From Gammaproteobacteria bacterium (GTDB lineage Bacteria > Pseudomonadota > Gammaproteobacteria > GCA-001735895): DNA of 64,000 nucleotides. The translations under genes were made by a program, and so were the position numbers. This document shows, piece after piece, positions 28,757-40,103 of this stretch. The DNA lies in assembly GCA_050298595.1 (NCBI GenBank), contig JBNKUM010000009.1, positions 53,882 through 117,881 of the forward strand, written 5' to 3'. The notes below the pieces were generated by a model. The model had not been told where the DNA came from. It made no database searches and saw only the letters and a list, made by a program, of their open reading frames with translations. Numbering within the stretch: position 1 is the first letter of the stretch; every line of letters starts with the position of its first letter.

Positions 28757-29524
28757 TCAGAGTGGGTAGTCAGGATGTAATGTTAACACTTCGAAGCCAT
28801 CTTCGGTGACTAGATTAGTATGTTCCCATTGCGCTGATAGACTGTGATCCTTGGTGACTACGGTCCAGTCATCGGGTAGCAATTTAACATGACGTTTGCC
28901 AAGATTGACCATGGGCTCGATGGTAAAGGTCATGCCTGGTTTCAGAGTTATACCACTACCAGCAGGGCCGTAATGCAGGACCTGAGGCTCTTCATGAAAT
29001 ACCTTACCTATGCCATGCCCACAGTATTCGCGCACAATGCTGCAATGATTTTTTTCGGCATAAGTTTGAATAGCGTGGCCTATATCGCCCAGTTTTATGC
29101 CGGGCTTTATCATTTCTATGCCGATTTTCATGCAATCATAGGCCACCTGAGACAGGCGCTGACCCTGAATTTTCGGCTTGCCAACCAGAAACATACGACT
29201 GGTGTCTCCATGATAGCCATCCTTGATTACGGTAATATCGATATTGACGATATCGCCATCTTTTAGAACCCGATCAGAAGGGATGCCATGACACACCTGA
29301 TGATTGACGGAGGTGCAGATGGATTTGGGGTAGCCCCGGTAGTTAAGTGGAGCAGGTATCACCTGTTGCTCGTTAACCATATAGTCATGACAGAGTCGAT
29401 CCAGTTCGCCAGTAGTGACACCAGGCACTACGTGCGGTTCGATCATTTTCAGTACATCGGCCGCCAATCTTCCTGCTATACGCATTTTGTCGATTTCTAC
29501 TGCCGTTTTCAGCGTAATAGCCAT
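28757..29524 (-). CDS. map: Methionine aminopeptidase type I
   Basis: CTSVN..VCHGIP, DGYHGDTS, GHGIG..FHEEP, SAQWEH. Confidence 0.98.
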   Translation of the reverse strand: MAITLKTAVEIDKMRIAGRLAADVLKMIEPHVVPGVTTGELDRLCHDYMVNEQQVIPAPLNYRGYPKSICTSVNHQVCHGIPSDRVLKDGDIVNIDITVIKDGYHGDTSRMFLVGKPKIQGQRLSQVAYDCMKIGIEMIKPGIKLGDIGHAIQTYAEKNHCSIVREYCGHGIGKVFHEEPQVLHYGPAGSGITLKPGMTFTIEPMVNLGKRHVKLLPDDWTVVTKDHSLSAQWEHTNLVTEDGFEVLTLHPDYPL

Positions 29525-29634
29525 ATATTTCTCGATATCTTATTGTTGAAAAGGTGCGATTATGGTATAAAGCGCGCGCCTTAAGCAACATTGCTTAAGG
29601 GTTATTATTTTAAACCGCCTTTGGGCGGTAATTT

Positions 29635-29720
29635 CACACACTTACCGACACATTATTTATGGGTGCCGTAATTTTACCAGAGTTTCGGTCTTAATAATGG
29701 GGTAAGTGGAGGCTCAACCC
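29635..29720 (+). promoter_or_regulatory. rpsB 5' leader (S2 autoregulatory structure, t44-like)
   Basis: CACACA...CGACAC...GGGTGCC...TCGGT...ATGGG...TGGAGGC..AACCC pattern directly upstream of rpsB. Confidence 0.75.
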
Positions 29721-29784
29721 AAAGTGTATTGTTGCTGGTCAATGACCTGGCCGTGCACTTTATATGACATCTGGAGATATCATT

Positions 29785-30738
29785 ATGTCTAACATCACTA
29801 TGCGTGAAATGTTGGAAGCGGGCGTTCATTTTGGACACCAAACCCGTTTCTGGAATCCTAAAATGGCACCGTACATTTTCGGTGAGCGCAACAAAATTCA
29901 TATTATCAATCTGGAAAAATCATTACCTATGTGTAATGAGGCAACTTCCTATCTGGGTAAGATTGCAGCTAAAAAAGGTAAAATCATGTTTGTCGGCACC
30001 AAGCGCGCGGCACGTGATGCAGTCGAAAAAGCCGCTCAAAGCTGTAATATGCCTTACGTCAATCACCGCTGGTTAGGTGGTATGTTGACTAATTTCCGCA
30101 CAGTACGTCAGTCGATCCGTCGACTGAAAGAACTGGAAGAAATGGAAGAAAATAATTCTTACGATGTTAAAAATAAGAAAGAAATCCTCAACCTGCAACG
30201 CGAGCAGGAAAAACTGAATAAAACTCTGGGCGGTATCAAGGATATGAACGGTCTGCCAGATGCTATTTTTGTTATTGATGTAGGCTACGAAAAAATTGCC
30301 ATTCAGGAAGCTACCAAGCTAGGCATTCCTGTCGTTGGTGTTGTAGATACCAATAATTCTCCTAAAGATGTCGAATACATCGTTCCTGGTAATGATGATT
30401 CTATGCGCGCAATTGCCTTATACCTTCGTGTGGCTGCTGAAGCTATCAATGATGGAAAAGCTTCAATTACCACTGCTGCGGCCGATGATGAATTTATCGA
30501 AGTAGTTGAAGAAGAAGCGGTAGTTGCGCCTGCTGCTGATAAAAAAGCAGCACCTAAAAAGGTATCTATCACTAAAAAAGCTGAAGCCACTGAAGAAGCT
30601 GTTGAAGCAGTAGAAGCAGAGCCTGTTGAAGCTGAAAAGTCGACTGAAAAGGCTGCACCTAAAAAAGCGGCGACCAAAAAGGCTGCCACCAAAAAGGCGG
30701 CTCCTAAAAAGGCCGCTGATGAGTCAGATGCCGAGTAA
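29785..30738 (+). CDS. rpsB: 30S ribosomal protein S2 with long C-terminal tail
   Basis: [33 protein letters not shown]; GGAG RBS before ATG 29785. Confidence 0.98.
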   Translation: MSNITMREMLEAGVHFGHQTRFWNPKMAPYIFGERNKIHIINLEKSLPMCNEATSYLGKIAAKKGKIMFVGTKRAARDAVEKAAQSCNMPYVNHRWLGGMLTNFRTVRQSIRRLKELEEMEENNSYDVKNKKEILNLQREQEKLNKTLGGIKDMNGLPDAIFVIDVGYEKIAIQEATKLGIPVVGVVDTNNSPKDVEYIVPGNDDSMRAIALYLRVAAEAINDGKASITTAAADDEFIEVVEEEAVVAPAADKKAAPKKVSITKKAEATEEAVEAVEAEPVEAEKSTEKAAPKKAATKKAATKKAAPKKAADESDAE

Positions 30739-30771
30739 TTTTTTGATACTGAATTTAAAGAGGAAAATATA

Positions 30772-31644
30772 GTGGCTATTACAGCATCCTTAGTTAAAGA
30801 GCTGCGCGAGCGCACTGGCGCAGGCATGATGGAGTGCAAGAAAGCACTGGTTGAATGTGATGGTGATATCGAAGCAGCAGCGGAGCTGATGCGTAAATCA
30901 GGTGCTGCGAAAGCGGATAAGAAGTCTGGCCGTGTTGCTGCAGATGGTGCAGTTAAAATCAAGGTATCCGACGACGGCAAAAAAGCGGCTGTAGTTGAGA
31001 TCAACAGCGAAACTGACTTCGTTGCCAAAGATGACAACTTCCAGTCTTTTGCAGACGCGGTAACGGATATTATCTTTGATCAACAGCCTGCAGATGTTGC
31101 AGCGCTAGCAGATATGAAAACCGCTTCTGGTGATACTGTTGAGCAGGCACGTCAGGCCCTGATTGCCAAGATTGGTGAGAATATTCAGGTTAGACGTTTT
31201 GAAATTGTCAATACTGAAGATAGTCTGGTTTCCTACCAGCATGGTGCGCGCATCGGTGTTCTGGTGAATTCTTCTGCGAACAGTGAAATGGCTCGTGATA
31301 TTGCAATGCATATTGCAGCGGCTAATCCAAAGTATATTCAGGAATCTGATGTGCCTGCTGATTTCATTGAGAAGGAAAAAGAGATATTGATCGCTCAGGC
31401 CGAATCTAGTGGTAAACCTCGTGAAATCATCGAAAAAATGATTCAGGGTCGTCTGAAGAAATACCTTGGCGAAATCACATTGCTGGGGCAGCCTTTTGTT
31501 AAAGATCCTGATCAAACGGTCGGTAAATTGCTGTCTTCAGCAAATGCTGCTGTTAATAGCTTCATTCGCTACGAAGTGGGTGAAGGTATCGAAAAGAAAC
31601 AGGAAGACTTCGCGGCTGAAGTTATGGCCCAGGTGAAGGGCTAG
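30772..31644 (+). CDS. tsf: Elongation factor Ts
   Basis: [24 protein letters not shown]; GTG start. Confidence 0.98.
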   Translation: MAITASLVKELRERTGAGMMECKKALVECDGDIEAAAELMRKSGAAKADKKSGRVAADGAVKIKVSDDGKKAAVVEINSETDFVAKDDNFQSFADAVTDIIFDQQPADVAALADMKTASGDTVEQARQALIAKIGENIQVRRFEIVNTEDSLVSYQHGARIGVLVNSSANSEMARDIAMHIAAANPKYIQESDVPADFIEKEKEILIAQAESSGKPREIIEKMIQGRLKKYLGEITLLGQPFVKDPDQTVGKLLSSANAAVNSFIRYEVGEGIEKKQEDFAAEVMAQVKG

Positions 31645-31654
31645 TACCATATCT

Positions 31655-31681
31655 AAAAGGCCGCTAACGCGGCCTTTTTTT
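31655..31681 (+). terminator. Rho-independent terminator after tsf
   Basis: AAAAGGCCGC-taac-GCGGCCTTTTTTT. Confidence 0.9.
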
Positions 31682-31737
31682 GATTGACTCAGCGAGTGAA
31701 TCTAACTCGTTAAAAAATTTAACAGTCTGGAAAATCC

Positions 31738-32454
31738 ATGCCAAATTTAAAATACAAACGACTGTTGGTAAAACTCAGTGGTGAAGCGCTGATGGGGCAA
31801 TACGATTTTGGAATCGATCCGCAAATGATTTCCGATATGGCAGTCGAGATGCAAAATCTGCAACAGGCCGGTGTTGAGATAGGTATCGTCATTGGTGGCG
31901 GCAATATCTTCCGTGGTGCCGGGCTTGCTAAAGCAGGCCTGGACCGTGTTGCTGGTGACCACATGGGTATGCTGGCCACAGTCATGAACTCGCTTGCTCT
32001 GAAAGATGGTCTTGAGAAAAAGGGGCTGAAAGTCAGTGTGATGTCAGGGCTGTCTATGCCAGAAGTCTGTGAACCTTATACCCAGCGTGGTGCTCGCGCG
32101 AAGATCGCTAGTGGTGAAATCGTTATTTTCGCTGGTGGAACAGGTAACCCTTATTTTACTACCGATACTGCGGCCAGTTTACGGGCCATAGAAATACAGG
32201 CTGACCTGATGATCAAAGCCACCAAGGTTGATGGTATCTACGATGCTGATCCTGTGAAAAATCCTTCAGCGGTAAAATACGACCAGTTAACTTATCAGCA
32301 AGCGATAGATCAGCGTCTGGCGGTAATGGATATTACTGCGATGGTGTTATGCCATGAGAATGACCTGGATATGTCGGTGTGCAATATCAGCCAATCGAAT
32401 GCAATTCTGGCTCTGGCTCAGGGTGAGAACCTGGGCACCAGAGTGACCAATTAG
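31738..32454 (+). CDS. pyrH: UMP kinase
   Basis: KLSGEAL, GGGNIFRG, GNPYFTTDTAA. Confidence 0.97.
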   Translation: MPNLKYKRLLVKLSGEALMGQYDFGIDPQMISDMAVEMQNLQQAGVEIGIVIGGGNIFRGAGLAKAGLDRVAGDHMGMLATVMNSLALKDGLEKKGLKVSVMSGLSMPEVCEPYTQRGARAKIASGEIVIFAGGTGNPYFTTDTAASLRAIEIQADLMIKATKVDGIYDADPVKNPSAVKYDQLTYQQAIDQRLAVMDITAMVLCHENDLDMSVCNISQSNAILALAQGENLGTRVTN

Positions 32455-32465
32455 AGGAAAACTAG

Positions 32466-33023
32466 ATGATAAATGATATCCAGAAGGACGCTTTGTCCCG
32501 TATGAATAAAAGTATCGAAGCCTATAAGGTGGAACTGACAAAGATCCGTACTGGGCGAGCTCATCCCAGTCTGCTGGACCATATAACAGTAGAATATTAC
32601 GGTAGTCAGGTACCGATCTCTCAGGCTGCCAATATTACCGCAGAAGACTCGCGCACCCTGGCTGTGACCGCATGGGATAGCAGCATGGTACCCGCCATAG
32701 AAAAGGCGATTATGACCTCTGATCTGGGCTTGAATCCAAATTCAGCTGGGACTGTGATTCGCGTTCCTATGCCGCCTTTAACCGAAGAACGCCGTCGTGA
32801 TCTGGTAAAGGTCGTTAAGGAGTTAACCGAAAACGCACGTGTTGCTGTGCGTAATATTCGTCGTGATGCAAATAGCGAATTAAAGATGCTGCAAAAGGAA
32901 AAAGAGATTTCCGAAGACGATGAACGTAAGGGCCAGGATCTGATTCAAAAGGTAACCGATCAATCCATCGCAAAACTGGAAGAATTGCTGCAGGAAAAAG
33001 ACAGAGAACTGATGGAAATCTGA
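32466..33023 (+). CDS. frr: Ribosome recycling factor
   Basis: [27 protein letters not shown]. Confidence 0.98.
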   Translation: MINDIQKDALSRMNKSIEAYKVELTKIRTGRAHPSLLDHITVEYYGSQVPISQAANITAEDSRTLAVTAWDSSMVPAIEKAIMTSDLGLNPNSAGTVIRVPMPPLTEERRRDLVKVVKELTENARVAVRNIRRDANSELKMLQKEKEISEDDERKGQDLIQKVTDQSIAKLEELLQEKDRELMEI

Positions 33024-33057
33024 TTTCGGTCAGAATCCAGGTTTAGTCATTAGTTTC

Positions 33058-33804
33058 ATGCAGGATCAAAGTAACAACGAATCCGCTATCCCCAAGCACA
33101 TTGCCATCATTATGGATGGCAATGGGCGATGGGCGAAACAGCGCCATATGCCCAGGACCTATGGTCATAAAAAGGGCGTTGATGCGACTCGCAGATCGAT
33201 CTCATTTTTTGCTCAAGCAGGTGTTAAGCACCTAACCCTGTTTGCCTTTAGCAGTGAAAACTGGAATCGCCCACAGGAAGAGGTTTCTACCTTAATGGGG
33301 TTGTTTGTGACCTCATTACAGAAAAATACCAGAGAATTACACAGCAATGGCATTCGTATTCGTTTCATTGGTGACCGTAGAGCTTTCAGTGCCAGGCTGG
33401 TGGCTCAAATTGAAGAGTCCGAATCACTGACAGCGAATAACACACAAATGACACTCAATGTGGCGGCAAATTACGGTGGTCAATGGGATATTCTGCAGGC
33501 CGTGCAAAAGCTGGCACAACAGGTTGAAGGTCAACAATTGAGAGCCGATGAAATTAATGCCGAGATGCTCGCCGCGCATTTAAGCCTTGCCGATTCACCA
33601 GATCCTGATTTATTTATACGTACCGGTGGTGAAACCCGCATCAGTAATTTTCTACTCTGGCAGCTGGCCTATAGCGAGCTGTTTTTTACTGATGTGCTGT
33701 GGCCTGATTTTTCTGAGCAAGAGATGCAGATGGCACTGGACAACTATGCCGGACGTCAGCGACGATTCGGTAAAACCGGCGATCAGCTTTCATCGGCGAG
33801 TTGA
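33058..33804 (+). CDS. uppS: Undecaprenyl diphosphate synthase
   Basis: HIAIIMDGNGRWA, FSSENWNRP, RTGGETRISNF. Confidence 0.97.
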   Translation: MQDQSNNESAIPKHIAIIMDGNGRWAKQRHMPRTYGHKKGVDATRRSISFFAQAGVKHLTLFAFSSENWNRPQEEVSTLMGLFVTSLQKNTRELHSNGIRIRFIGDRRAFSARLVAQIEESESLTANNTQMTLNVAANYGGQWDILQAVQKLAQQVEGQQLRADEINAEMLAAHLSLADSPDPDLFIRTGGETRISNFLLWQLAYSELFFTDVLWPDFSEQEMQMALDNYAGRQRRFGKTGDQLSSAS

Positions 33805-33812
33805 GAATTGAT

Positions 33813-34634
33813 ATGCTAAAACAGAGAATCCTTACCGCCATTCCCCTGGCCCTGGTCGTTCTTGGAACTATTGTGTATCTGGATACCCAATATGCGGCTT
33901 ACCTGTTCGGGCTGATTCTAGTGGTATCGATATTTGAACTGGCTAATCTGGTCGGTATTCACAATAAAATCATACAGTGGGGGCTTGCTGTGCTGATGTT
34001 AGCCAGCTTTTTTCTACTACTACCGCAGATGGGCATACGTTCCCTGTTTTATCACAGCTATCTGGGCCTGCTGCTGTGGATTGGAATTCTACTATCGATG
34101 ATGGAGTACCGTTTTTCAGGCGAGTGGAGTCAGGGCAGGCGTCTGGCTACAGGGCTGTTATCCGCCCTGTTGATATGGATATGCGTGAATGGACTGATGT
34201 TTATACTTTCACATTTTACAAATGGCGGCTGGCTGCTGATGTATCTACTTACTCTAGTCTGGGTGGCCGATATTGGCGCTTATTTTTCGGGCAAAAAATT
34301 TGGCAAGCACAAGCTTGCTCCCGGTATCAGTCCAGGCAAAACCTGGGAAGGCGTAATCGGCGGTTTACTGCTGAATGTGATCTGGATTTCACTGGTGTAT
34401 ACGCTGTCACAGGGCTGGGGGCTCAACTATATCTGGTTCCTGATACTGGGGCTTTTGACATCAGCATTATCGGTAGTGGGGGATCTGTTCGAAAGCATTC
34501 TCAAACGCGAAGCTGGAATGAAGGATAGTGGCAAAATGCTTCCCGGACATGGCGGTATACTGGATCGTATCGATTCGGTGATAGCTGCGACTCCGGTTTA
34601 TCTGGCAGGTCTTTATATGCTAGGTGCAATTTAA
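33813..34634 (+). CDS. cdsA: Phosphatidate cytidylyltransferase
   Basis: [35 protein letters not shown]. Confidence 0.96.
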   Translation: MLKQRILTAIPLALVVLGTIVYLDTQYAAYLFGLILVVSIFELANLVGIHNKIIQWGLAVLMLASFFLLLPQMGIRSLFYHSYLGLLLWIGILLSMMEYRFSGEWSQGRRLATGLLSALLIWICVNGLMFILSHFTNGGWLLMYLLTLVWVADIGAYFSGKKFGKHKLAPGISPGKTWEGVIGGLLLNVIWISLVYTLSQGWGLNYIWFLILGLLTSALSVVGDLFESILKREAGMKDSGKMLPGHGGILDRIDSVIAATPVYLAGLYMLGAI

Positions 34635-35800
34635 TGAAATCAATTTCAATTCTGGGCGCTACCGGTTCTATCGGCCAGAGTACTCTGGATGTTATCTCCC
34701 GACATCCGGACAAGTTTCGTTTATTTGCAGTCACAGCTAATACTCAGGTCGATAAAATGGCGCAAATCTGTCGACAGTTTCAGCCAGAAGTGGCAGTTAT
34801 GGCTGACGAAGACAGTGCTACAGCCTTACATCAGCAGATTAAGGATCTTACCAATATCACCATACTATCCGGTGAGTCAGGGCTGATACAGGTCGCCAGC
34901 GATACACAGGTCGATGTAGTGATGGCAGCCATAGTTGGCTCGGTAGGATTAATGCCGACCTTATCAGCAGTCAGAGCAGGCAAGCGCGTACTTTTGGCCA
35001 ATAAAGAAAGTCTGGTGATGGCTGGACATTTGTTCATGCAGGAAGTAAACGAGCATAAAGCCGAGTTATTACCCATCGATAGCGAGCATAATGCTATTTT
35101 CCAATGCCTGCCTACAGATTATGCAACCGGGTTAGCGAATAAAGGGGTGAGTAAGATTCTGTTGACCGGCTCAGGTGGACCGTTTAGAGAGACTCCTCTG
35201 GATCAGTTTGCCAGTATTACTCCTGAGCAGGCGATTGCCCACCCCAACTGGAGTATGGGGCCGAAAATCTCGGTTGACTCAGCAACTATGATGAACAAAG
35301 GTCTGGAATTAATTGAAGCCTGCTGGCTATTCGATGTCGATGAAAGCTTTGTCCAGATTGTTTTACACCCGCAGAGTATTATTCATTCCATGGTGGCTTA
35401 TAATGATGGTTCGGTACTCGCGCAGATGGGTAATCCGGATATGCGTACACCCATAGCCAATGCACTGGGATGGCCGCAAAGAATTGTAAGTGGGGTTGAA
35501 CCACTTGACCTGATAGCGGTCAGTACACTAGATTTCGCTGACGCTGATGAAAATCGATTTCCCTGCCTGCGTCTGGCGCGTCAGGCGATACTACAGGGTG
35601 GGACTAGCACTGCAATATTAAATGCTGCAAATGAAATGGCGGTAGCTGCCTTTTTGCAGAAGAAAATTCCATTTATACGGATACCTGAAATTATTAAACT
35701 CACCATGGATTCAATCTCCTCACATGCCAGCGATAATCTGCAACAGATTTTGCTTGATGATCGGGCTGCGCGTGACTTTGTCGATCAACAGATAGGCTGA
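34634..35800 (+). CDS. dxr: 1-deoxy-D-xylulose-5-phosphate reductoisomerase
   Basis: [43 protein letters not shown]. Confidence 0.98.
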   Translation: MKSISILGATGSIGQSTLDVISRHPDKFRLFAVTANTQVDKMAQICRQFQPEVAVMADEDSATALHQQIKDLTNITILSGESGLIQVASDTQVDVVMAAIVGSVGLMPTLSAVRAGKRVLLANKESLVMAGHLFMQEVNEHKAELLPIDSEHNAIFQCLPTDYATGLANKGVSKILLTGSGGPFRETPLDQFASITPEQAIAHPNWSMGPKISVDSATMMNKGLELIEACWLFDVDESFVQIVLHPQSIIHSMVAYNDGSVLAQMGNPDMRTPIANALGWPQRIVSGVEPLDLIAVSTLDFADADENRFPCLRLARQAILQGGTSTAILNAANEMAVAAFLQKKIPFIRIPEIIKLTMDSISSHASDNLQQILLDDRAARDFVDQQIG

Positions 35801-35810
35801 TGATCTGATT

Positions 35811-37190
35811 ATGGATGTAGCTACTTTTATCACTAGTGCATTCGCCTTTGTTGCTGCCATCGGCATATTGGTGACCATTCATGAATTTGGTCATTACTGG
35901 GTGGCACGACTGTGTGGCGTTAAGGTCCTGCGTTTTTCGGTAGGCTTTGGTAAGCCTCTATGGCTGAAAAAAGCCGGTGAAGATCAGATCGAATACGTAT
36001 TGGCAGCAATCCCACTGGGCGGTTACGTTAAGATGCTGGATGAGCGTGAAGGTGAGGTACCCGAAGCTGAAAAACATCGTGCTTTTAATCGTCAATCGGT
36101 AAGCAAACGATTTGCTATCGTTTTAGCAGGGCCCGCTTTTAATTTTATCTTTGCTATCATAGCTTACAGCCTGATGTATATGAATGGTGTCTCGGGCCTG
36201 AAACCATTTATCGGTAACATCCAGACAGAGAGTGTGGCTGCACAGGCAGATCTCAGAGAAAAGGATCTTATTATTTCAGTGAATGGGGTAGCAACACCTA
36301 GTTGGGAAAAGGCCCGTTTTCAGTTATTACAACAATCGGTAGATAATAGCCTGCTGACTTTAGAGGTTCAGGGTGCTAACTATCAAAACCGTGAAGTCAC
36401 TCTGGATATCCGCGATCAGGCAATACTTGAGGATGAAGGTACGGATGTGCTGGAATTACTCGGTTTTTCCATGTGGCGCCCGCAGTTACCACCGAAGATC
36501 GATGAAGTCATTGCTGGTGGAGCCGCCGAAGCCGCTGGAATTAAGGCTGGAGATCTGATTCAGTCGCTAAATGGGCAAACAATCGAAAATGTTCACCAAT
36601 GGGTAGACACTATCCGGGCACATCCATTAGAGACTATGGATCTGATCGTATTACGCGATGGGGTAAATAAGCGACTGTCGCTAACCCCAAATAGCAAACA
36701 GGATGATGGTGAAACCATCGGTTATATTGGAGTTAAAAATGTAGTAGTGATTCCTGAGACTGTACGCCAGGAAATGCGCTCTTTAGAAAAGTATGGTGTT
36801 TTCGAGTCTGTCGCAGAATCGATTAATAAAACCTGGCAAATGTCAGCATTGACGCTCAAGGTTCTTGGTAAACTTGTCATAGGTGAAGCAAGTCTGAAAA
36901 ATTTATCGGGTCCTATTACCATTGCCAAATACGCTGGGCTTTCCGCGAGTATTGGTGCCGAACAGTTTTTCTCGTTTCTGGCCATTATCAGTATCAGTCT
37001 GGGTGTATTAAACCTGTTACCCGTGCCAATGCTGGATGGTGGGCATTTGATGTACTACCTGATAGAAATTCTAAAAGGCAGCCCGGTATCCGAAGCTGTG
37101 GAATCCTTTGGTCAACGGATAGGCATTGCGATTTTGCTATTATTAATGACCGTTGCCATATATAACGATTTATTGCGTCTGGTGAATTAG
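35811..37190 (+). CDS. rseP: RIP metalloprotease RseP
   Basis: HEFGH, two PDZ domains, NLLPVPMLDGGH. Confidence 0.96.
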   Translation: MDVATFITSAFAFVAAIGILVTIHEFGHYWVARLCGVKVLRFSVGFGKPLWLKKAGEDQIEYVLAAIPLGGYVKMLDEREGEVPEAEKHRAFNRQSVSKRFAIVLAGPAFNFIFAIIAYSLMYMNGVSGLKPFIGNIQTESVAAQADLREKDLIISVNGVATPSWEKARFQLLQQSVDNSLLTLEVQGANYQNREVTLDIRDQAILEDEGTDVLELLGFSMWRPQLPPKIDEVIAGGAAEAAGIKAGDLIQSLNGQTIENVHQWVDTIRAHPLETMDLIVLRDGVNKRLSLTPNSKQDDGETIGYIGVKNVVVIPETVRQEMRSLEKYGVFESVAESINKTWQMSALTLKVLGKLVIGEASLKNLSGPITIAKYAGLSASIGAEQFFSFLAIISISLGVLNLLPVPMLDGGHLMYYLIEILKGSPVSEAVESFGQRIGIAILLLLMTVAIYNDLLRLVN

Positions 37191-37191
37191 A

Positions 37192-39492
37192 TTGAAGTTA
37201 CTCCAAGTTGTTTTATTGTGTGGCCTGCTCATAGTTGCCAAATCTGTTTTCGCAGTATCTTTTGTGGTGGAAGATATTGAGGTCAGAGGCATTAAAAAGA
37301 TTTCAGTTGGAACGGTTTTAAATTATCTGCCAGTGAAAGCCGGTGATTCATTTGACTACACTGAGGCTCCTAAAGTCATCAAGGAGTTATATAAAACTGG
37401 CTTTTTTAACAATATCACTCTATTACAGGAAAATAATTCCCTGATTATTGAAGTTGAAGAACGTCCGGCGATTGCCGAGGTGAATTTTGACGGCAATAAG
37501 GAATTGAATGATGATGTGATGAAGGATGCCCTTAAACAGACTGGCATGACCAAGGGTAAAATCTACAATCCAAAGCTGCTGGAAAAACTGGAACAGGAAT
37601 TACAACAGTTATATTACTCATTGGGTAAATACTCTGCGAGGGTGAGTGTTAAGGCTACTCAACTGGATGCAGATAGAGTGCAGGTCGATATAGAAATATC
37701 TGAAGGTGCCCCAGCCAAGATCCGTAGTATTAATTTAATTGGAAATCATGATTTTAGTGACCAGGATTTACTGGATAAATTCGATTTAGTACCTACCGAT
37801 GACGCCTGGTTTGGTTCAGATAAGTATTCCAGTACCAAATTATCCGGTGATCTGGAATCTTTGAAGTCATTTTATCTGGATCAGGGTTATGTACGTTTCA
37901 ATGTGGCGTCCAAACAGGTTTCTATCACGCCTGATAAGAAAGATATTAATATCGCTATCAATATGCAGGAGGGTGATCAGTATAAGATCAAAGAGATCAA
38001 GTTGACGGGTGATTTGATTGTGCCAGAGGATGAATTGAAGGCATTGTTGACTTTACGCAGCGGAGATGTTTTTTCGAGAAAAAATATCACTGCTTCTATT
38101 AAGCGGATGAATCGTAGGCTAGGTGATGAAGGCTATGCGTTTGCAAATGTAAGATCTATACCTGAAATAGATGATGAAAGTAAAACTGTGACTTTAACTC
38201 TGCTGGTTGATCCAGGTAAAAAAATGATGGTCAGGCAAATTGTTTTTGAGGGCAATGCGCAGACCAGAGAAACAGTGTTGAGACGTGAATTACGCCAGTT
38301 CGAAGGGACTCAGTACTCCGAGACTCTGATGGATAGATCGAGGATTCGTTTACAGCGCCTGAAGTATATCAGTGCTGTGGATATGCGGAACGTTAAAGTC
38401 CCGGGTGAACCTGATCAAATGGATGTGATATTTAATGTCACCGAACGCTTTTCAGGTAGCTTCACCGTAGGGCTGGGTTATTCTCAGTCGCAGGGAACAT
38501 TATTTAATATTGGTTTGACTCATGACAATATTTTTGGCTCTGGAAATCAACTGGGATTTGTATTCAACAATAGCTCGGCTGAAGAGCAGTATGAATTTAC
38601 CTATCTAAACCCTTATTACACTCCGGATGGCATCAGTCGAGGATTCAGTGCAACATATACCAAAACCGATGCCAGTGAAGCTAATATTACCAATTATCTA
38701 CTCGATAAAGTCCAGCTGTCTGTTAACTATGGAATTCCTCTATCTGAATATAACAAGGTACATTTTAGTCTAGGCCTGGTGAGAAATGATCTGTCAATTT
38801 CAACTTCCAGCTCAGATGAAGTGAAAAACTTTATTGTTGATAATAATGACAGTATTACCTCAACAACGGATCTCTCTGGAGATGTGTACGACGATGCCTT
38901 CGTCAGTGTCAGTTTAAGCAAGGATAGTCGCAATCGATCAATATTCCCGGATACTGGTTTCTTAAACAGCATTGGTGTAGAGGTCTATGGCGGCGATCTG
39001 GATTTCTATAAAGCCCTCTATCGACACCAGACGGTATTTCCAGTGGGAGCAGGTGTCACATTCTCGTTTAAGGGACGGCTGGGGTATGGTGAAGCCTTTG
39101 GTGACACAACAGACTTACCATTTTTCACTAAATATACGGCGGGTGGTGTGCGAACTGTGCGTGGTTATGATTACAACAGTTTAGGACCCAGGGACTCCAA
39201 AAATCAGATTTTTGGTGGCAATTTTCAGGTTGTAACCAATTCAGAATTTTTGTTACCGCTTGATGCATTAGGTGGTGCAGAAAGTTTTCGCCTTGGGTTA
39301 TACTTCGACGCTGGTAATGTATTTGCTGAGTCTAGTGACTATGACTCTGCAGAGTTAAGAACTTCTGTGGGCATATCAGCAAAATGGTTTACTCTTATAG
39401 GTCCGATTGAACTGAGTTATGCAGTTCCATTGAACGATAAGCCTGGTGATAAAACGAAAAACTTCCAGTTCTCATTAGGTGCTCCGTTTTAA
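37192..39492 (+). CDS. bamA: Outer membrane protein assembly factor BamA
   Basis: POTRA repeats, VRGY motif, C-terminal FQFSLG..F; TTG start. Confidence 0.96.
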   Translation: MKLLQVVLLCGLLIVAKSVFAVSFVVEDIEVRGIKKISVGTVLNYLPVKAGDSFDYTEAPKVIKELYKTGFFNNITLLQENNSLIIEVEERPAIAEVNFDGNKELNDDVMKDALKQTGMTKGKIYNPKLLEKLEQELQQLYYSLGKYSARVSVKATQLDADRVQVDIEISEGAPAKIRSINLIGNHDFSDQDLLDKFDLVPTDDAWFGSDKYSSTKLSGDLESLKSFYLDQGYVRFNVASKQVSITPDKKDINIAINMQEGDQYKIKEIKLTGDLIVPEDELKALLTLRSGDVFSRKNITASIKRMNRRLGDEGYAFANVRSIPEIDDESKTVTLTLLVDPGKKMMVRQIVFEGNAQTRETVLRRELRQFEGTQYSETLMDRSRIRLQRLKYISAVDMRNVKVPGEPDQMDVIFNVTERFSGSFTVGLGYSQSQGTLFNIGLTHDNIFGSGNQLGFVFNNSSAEEQYEFTYLNPYYTPDGISRGFSATYTKTDASEANITNYLLDKVQLSVNYGIPLSEYNKVHFSLGLVRNDLSISTSSSDEVKNFIVDNNDSITSTTDLSGDVYDDAFVSVSLSKDSRNRSIFPDTGFLNSIGVEVYGGDLDFYKALYRHQTVFPVGAGVTFSFKGRLGYGEAFGDTTDLPFFTKYTAGGVRTVRGYDYNSLGPRDSKNQIFGGNFQVVTNSEFLLPLDALGGAESFRLGLYFDAGNVFAESSDYDSAELRTSVGISAKWFTLIGPIELSYAVPLNDKPGDKTKNFQFSLGAPF

Positions 39493-39504
39493 TTTGAGGT
39501 TGGT

Positions 39505-40035
39505 TTGAAAAATCTGACACTATTACTAATCACTTTAATTGGCAGCCTGATAATTAGTCCGGCAGCATTCTCTGCTGCGCAGCCCTATAAAATCGGTTTT
39601 GTGAATACAGGTACGGTACTCAAGGAAGCTCCGCAAGCGCGCAAGGTGGAAGAGCGCCTGAAAGCCCAGTTTGAGGCACGCGAAAAAGTGTTGCTCAAAA
39701 AGCAGGAAGAGTTACTTCAGATCGAGCAGAAAATGAAGGACGATGCTGAAATCATGTCTCAGGCTACTCAGCGCAAGCTGGAGCGTGAATTACGACTCAA
39801 ATTAAGTCAGCTTAAATTTGAGCAACAGGAGTTCAGAGAAGATCAAAACTTAAGGCGTAATGAGGAAATTCGAAATCTGCAATCGGTCATAGCTGGGGTA
39901 TTGAAACAACTGGGTGATAATGAGAAGTTTGATTTGATTCTAACGGAAGGCGTTAGCTATGTATCAGATGCTGTCGATATCACACCAAAGATTATTGAAA
40001 TGCTGAAAAACCTGCCGGAGCAGGGTACCAAATAG
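39505..40035 (+). CDS. skp: Periplasmic chaperone Skp/OmpH
   Basis: Signal peptide, KIGFVN, coiled coil, DIT; synteny. Confidence 0.92.
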   Translation: MKNLTLLLITLIGSLIISPAAFSAAQPYKIGFVNTGTVLKEAPQARKVEERLKAQFEAREKVLLKKQEELLQIEQKMKDDAEIMSQATQRKLERELRLKLSQLKFEQQEFREDQNLRRNEEIRNLQSVIAGVLKQLGDNEKFDLILTEGVSYVSDAVDITPKIIEMLKNLPEQGTK

Positions 40036-40103
40036 CTATGCGGCATGCTTCGCGCTCTCAATCCTGTCAATAATTCCCTCAGGTTCTTGTTGGGAAGCTG
40101 TTT

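Noticed and set aside
30303-31037. 244-aa antisense ORF
   Set aside because: Shadow of rpsB/tsf; its repeats simply mirror the S2 tail
33977-34528. 183-aa alternative-frame ORF within cdsA
   Set aside because: Fully nested in a conserved gene, no motifs or RBS
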